DNA of 36,571 bases from a virus (Duplodnaviria; Caudoviricetes), in the IMG/VR virus record IMGVR_UViG_3300046786_000671, positions 1-36,571 of that record; one strand, written 5' to 3'. Made by a program: the position numbers and the translations under genes. Positions 34,822-36,571 of the stretch are shown in pieces. Below the pieces are notes generated by a model. The model had not been told where the DNA came from. It saw only the letters and a list, made by a program, of their open reading frames with translations, and made no database searches. The first letter of the stretch is position 1. The number at the start of each line of letters is the position of its first letter.

Positions 34822-34905
34822 ATGCAAAAATATTGGTGCGATTGGTGCGGTAGTTTTGACAGTCGCAAAGAGTGGCTAGAACACTACTGTTTCACCGCTA
34901 AATAA
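34822..34905 (+). CDS. Zn-finger microprotein, 27 aa (MQKYWCDWCGSFDSRKEWLEHYCFTAK)
   Basis: AAGGAG SD; CxxC...HxC. Confidence 0.6.
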   Translation: MQKYWCDWCGSFDSRKEWLEHYCFTAK

Positions 34906-34969
34906 TAAATGACCGATTGCTGTGAAGTCATTAAACTAGCCAGCACACCAAATAATAAGGGGGTAACTC

Positions 34970-35248
34970 ATGCAATATGAGCTAACACCAGTAAAACAAT
35001 TAACTATTACCCGAAAGGGTGGGAAGGACAGTAAAATGTCTAAAACAACACAAACCGAAGTTGCAAAAACTTCAAAGAAATACGCTAAGACTAGGGGCGA
35101 ACATTACAAAGATATTGTAATCACAATACTAGTTACAGCAATAATTGCGTTTATCTGTGGCGCTGTATTTCAGAGCAAGCAACAGAACGCAATAAATACA
35201 GCCGTCAAAGCTGTTACGCCAAGCGCACACGCTGAAGCGTTAAAATAA
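34970..35248 (+). CDS. Single-TM membrane protein (alternative start MSK at 35036); N-terminal half of a probable frameshift fusion
   Basis: Basic N-terminus, IVITILVTAIIAFICGAVF helix; SD-like sequences before both starts. Confidence 0.75.
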   Translation: MQYELTPVKQLTITRKGGKDSKMSKTTQTEVAKTSKKYAKTRGEHYKDIVITILVTAIIAFICGAVFQSKQQNAINTAVKAVTPSAHAEALK

Positions 35249-35616
35249 CGGCGGTGGCTGTTGAGACTGACCAACAGCCAGTAAATTTACCGCCAGCAAT
35301 ACCATTAACACCATGTGAAACGGTACGCGCTGAGATTGCAAAATATTCTGGTTGGGATGTTGCAACGATGAGCGCAATTGCCGAAGCTGAAAATAGATCT
35401 TGTGATCCGACTAGGCACAATTTAAGCGCTGACGAAAATCACAAAGTCTGTATTGGAAGCTATGGAGTTTTACAGGTTGGATGTGTTCACTATAACGGCG
35501 AAGATGTCAATGATCTGAAAACAAACGTTGCAATTGCACACAAGGTATGGCAAAAGCAAAGTTACGGCGCATGGACTCAGTACAACAACGGCACATATAG
35601 GGAGTTTCTAAAATGA
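35242..35616 (+). CDS. Lysozyme-like / lytic transglycosylase domain, probably reached by -1 frameshift
   Basis: AIAEAE (catalytic Glu), SYGVLQV, N..IA..V...Q...AW..Y; the GTG at 35254 has no clear SD and lies in a hairpin. Confidence 0.75.
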   Translation, partial: KITAVAVETDQQPVNLPPAIPLTPCETVRAEIAKYSGWDVATMSAIAEAENRSCDPTRHNLSADENHKVCIGSYGVLQVGCVHYNGEDVNDLKTNVAIAHKVWQKQSYGAWTQYNNGTYREFLK

Positions 35617-35768
35617 AATATCACTACCAAAAAGGCTTACAAGTGGGGTGGAGTTTAGGGAAGTGTTTAGATGGAGTGGCAATAGTAGGGTGGTTACTGT
35701 TACTCACGATCATTATTGACATGATGCTATTCAATGGACAATTATTAACGAAAGTACTAATGCGATGA
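35613..35768 (+). CDS. Small membrane protein, 51 aa
   Basis: ATGA overlaps at both ends, GGGAG SD, VAIVGWLLLLTIII helix. Confidence 0.65.
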   Translation: MKYHYQKGLQVGWSLGKCLDGVAIVGWLLLLTIIIDMMLFNGQLLTKVLMR

Positions 35769-36571
35769 AATTATACGATTATCAAGAACAATATATTGCG
35801 AAACTACCACCTAGCTGTATTATGGCTGCCGACTTGGGAACAGGTAAAACGCTTATGAGTCTTGCACACTGGCAAAGGCGCGACACCGGTAGACCATTAT
35901 TGGTTGTTGCACCAGCAAGCAAGATCCGAACGCACGACTGGTTAGAAGAAGCCGAACGGTGGTTTGGTATGGACAATGCCGACATTACTTATATCAGTTA
36001 TGAAAGCTTGCGACTCATGGACAAAGAAACACGCAGACCGCGACACTGGAAGTTTACAGGCGCGCGCAACGGTGGTTTGGTTTATGACGTTATTGCTGAC
36101 GAGTGCCACGCGCTGAAGAACCCACAAAGCAAACAGAGCAAAGCCGTTTATGAAATAGTGCAAAGCGGTGGTGTATTTATTGGGCTTAGTGGTACGCCAA
36201 TGCCTAACGGCTGGATTGATTTTGCAGGATATTCAAAGCTGTTTGGTTTTGTGAAAGGTATCACAGAATTTAAAAATAAATATTGTCGCTACCAAGATTA
36301 TAAAGGTTTTCCAGAATTAATTGGCTATAACAATATTCCAGAGCTTGAAAGCCAACTGAAGCGTGTTGCATTTAAACTATCACGCGAACAAGCTGACGAA
36401 TTGCCAAGCCGAAAAATGATTGGAGTAAATATACATCAGACGGCGAAAGATGCCAAGCTATATACAGAGCTGAAAATTACACGCATTGATCCGCGAACTA
36501 AAGAAGTACTAGAAACAGCACCACGTTTGTTATCGGTCTTGCGTCAATCAACAGTAAATGGGCGGTTAGAT
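35765..36571 (+). CDS. SNF2-family helicase, N-terminal part (runs off the window end and continues at position 578)
   Basis: MKLYDYQ Q motif, ADLGTGKT Walker A, LVVAPA motif Ia, ISYE, DECH. Confidence 0.9.
   Translation, partial: MKLYDYQEQYIAKLPPSCIMAADLGTGKTLMSLAHWQRRDTGRPLLVVAPASKIRTHDWLEEAERWFGMDNADITYISYESLRLMDKETRRPRHWKFTGARNGGLVYDVIADECHALKNPQSKQSKAVYEIVQSGGVFIGLSGTPMPNGWIDFAGYSKLFGFVKGITEFKNKYCRYQDYKGFPELIGYNNIPELESQLKRVAFKLSREQADELPSRKMIGVNIHQTAKDAKLYTELKITRIDPRTKEVLETAPRLLSVLRQSTVNGRLD
35995..36571 (+). repeat. Terminal redundancy, copy 2
   Basis: Matches 1-577 without indels. Confidence 0.95.

Noticed and set aside
1-36571. Stop-codon reassignment (codes 4, 15 or 25)
   Set aside because: Genes are full length in code 11, and TAA, TAG and TGA all end genes at tight overlaps.

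Overview
The window is an apparently complete, circularly permuted ~36.0 kb tailed-phage genome with podovirus-like architecture. Positions 1-577 recur at 35995-36571 as a ~94% identical allele that differs almost only at synonymous sites. The + strand early/replication arm (33.8 kb across the junction to 8.5 kb) encodes a SprT/ArdC-like protease, a probably frameshift-fused membrane lytic transglycosylase, an SNF2 helicase, zinc microproteins, two candidate immune-signal sponges (Tad1-like and Acb4-like), a Sak4-like ATPase, an SSB, a ribbon-helix-helix regulator, a D5/P4-type helicase, a TerS-like protein, VRR-NUC and YqaJ. The - strand late arm (9-33 kb) encodes fibres, internal virion proteins, tail adaptor and nozzle, portal, scaffold, major capsid protein and lysis genes, with TerL inverted in the middle. 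I saw no integrase, DNA polymerase, CI-type repressor, tRNA or CRISPR array. The most unusual content is regulatory. (1) A cassette of four promoter/terminator-bounded short structured transcripts (8.5-9.07 kb) plus a fifth at 28.5 kb; two of these have exposed seeds complementary to the 5' ends of the phage's own early and capsid transcripts, suggesting an RNA-based control circuit. (2) At least 13 leaderless promoters with a -10 box exactly 6 nt before ATG. (3) A -1 frameshift signal. (4) Three endonuclease cassettes flanked by duplicated promoter or terminator sequence. (5) A dif-like palindrome beside an iteron-like array. A Saccharibacteria/CPR host is only an inference. All family assignments are from motif recognition by eye, not database searches.
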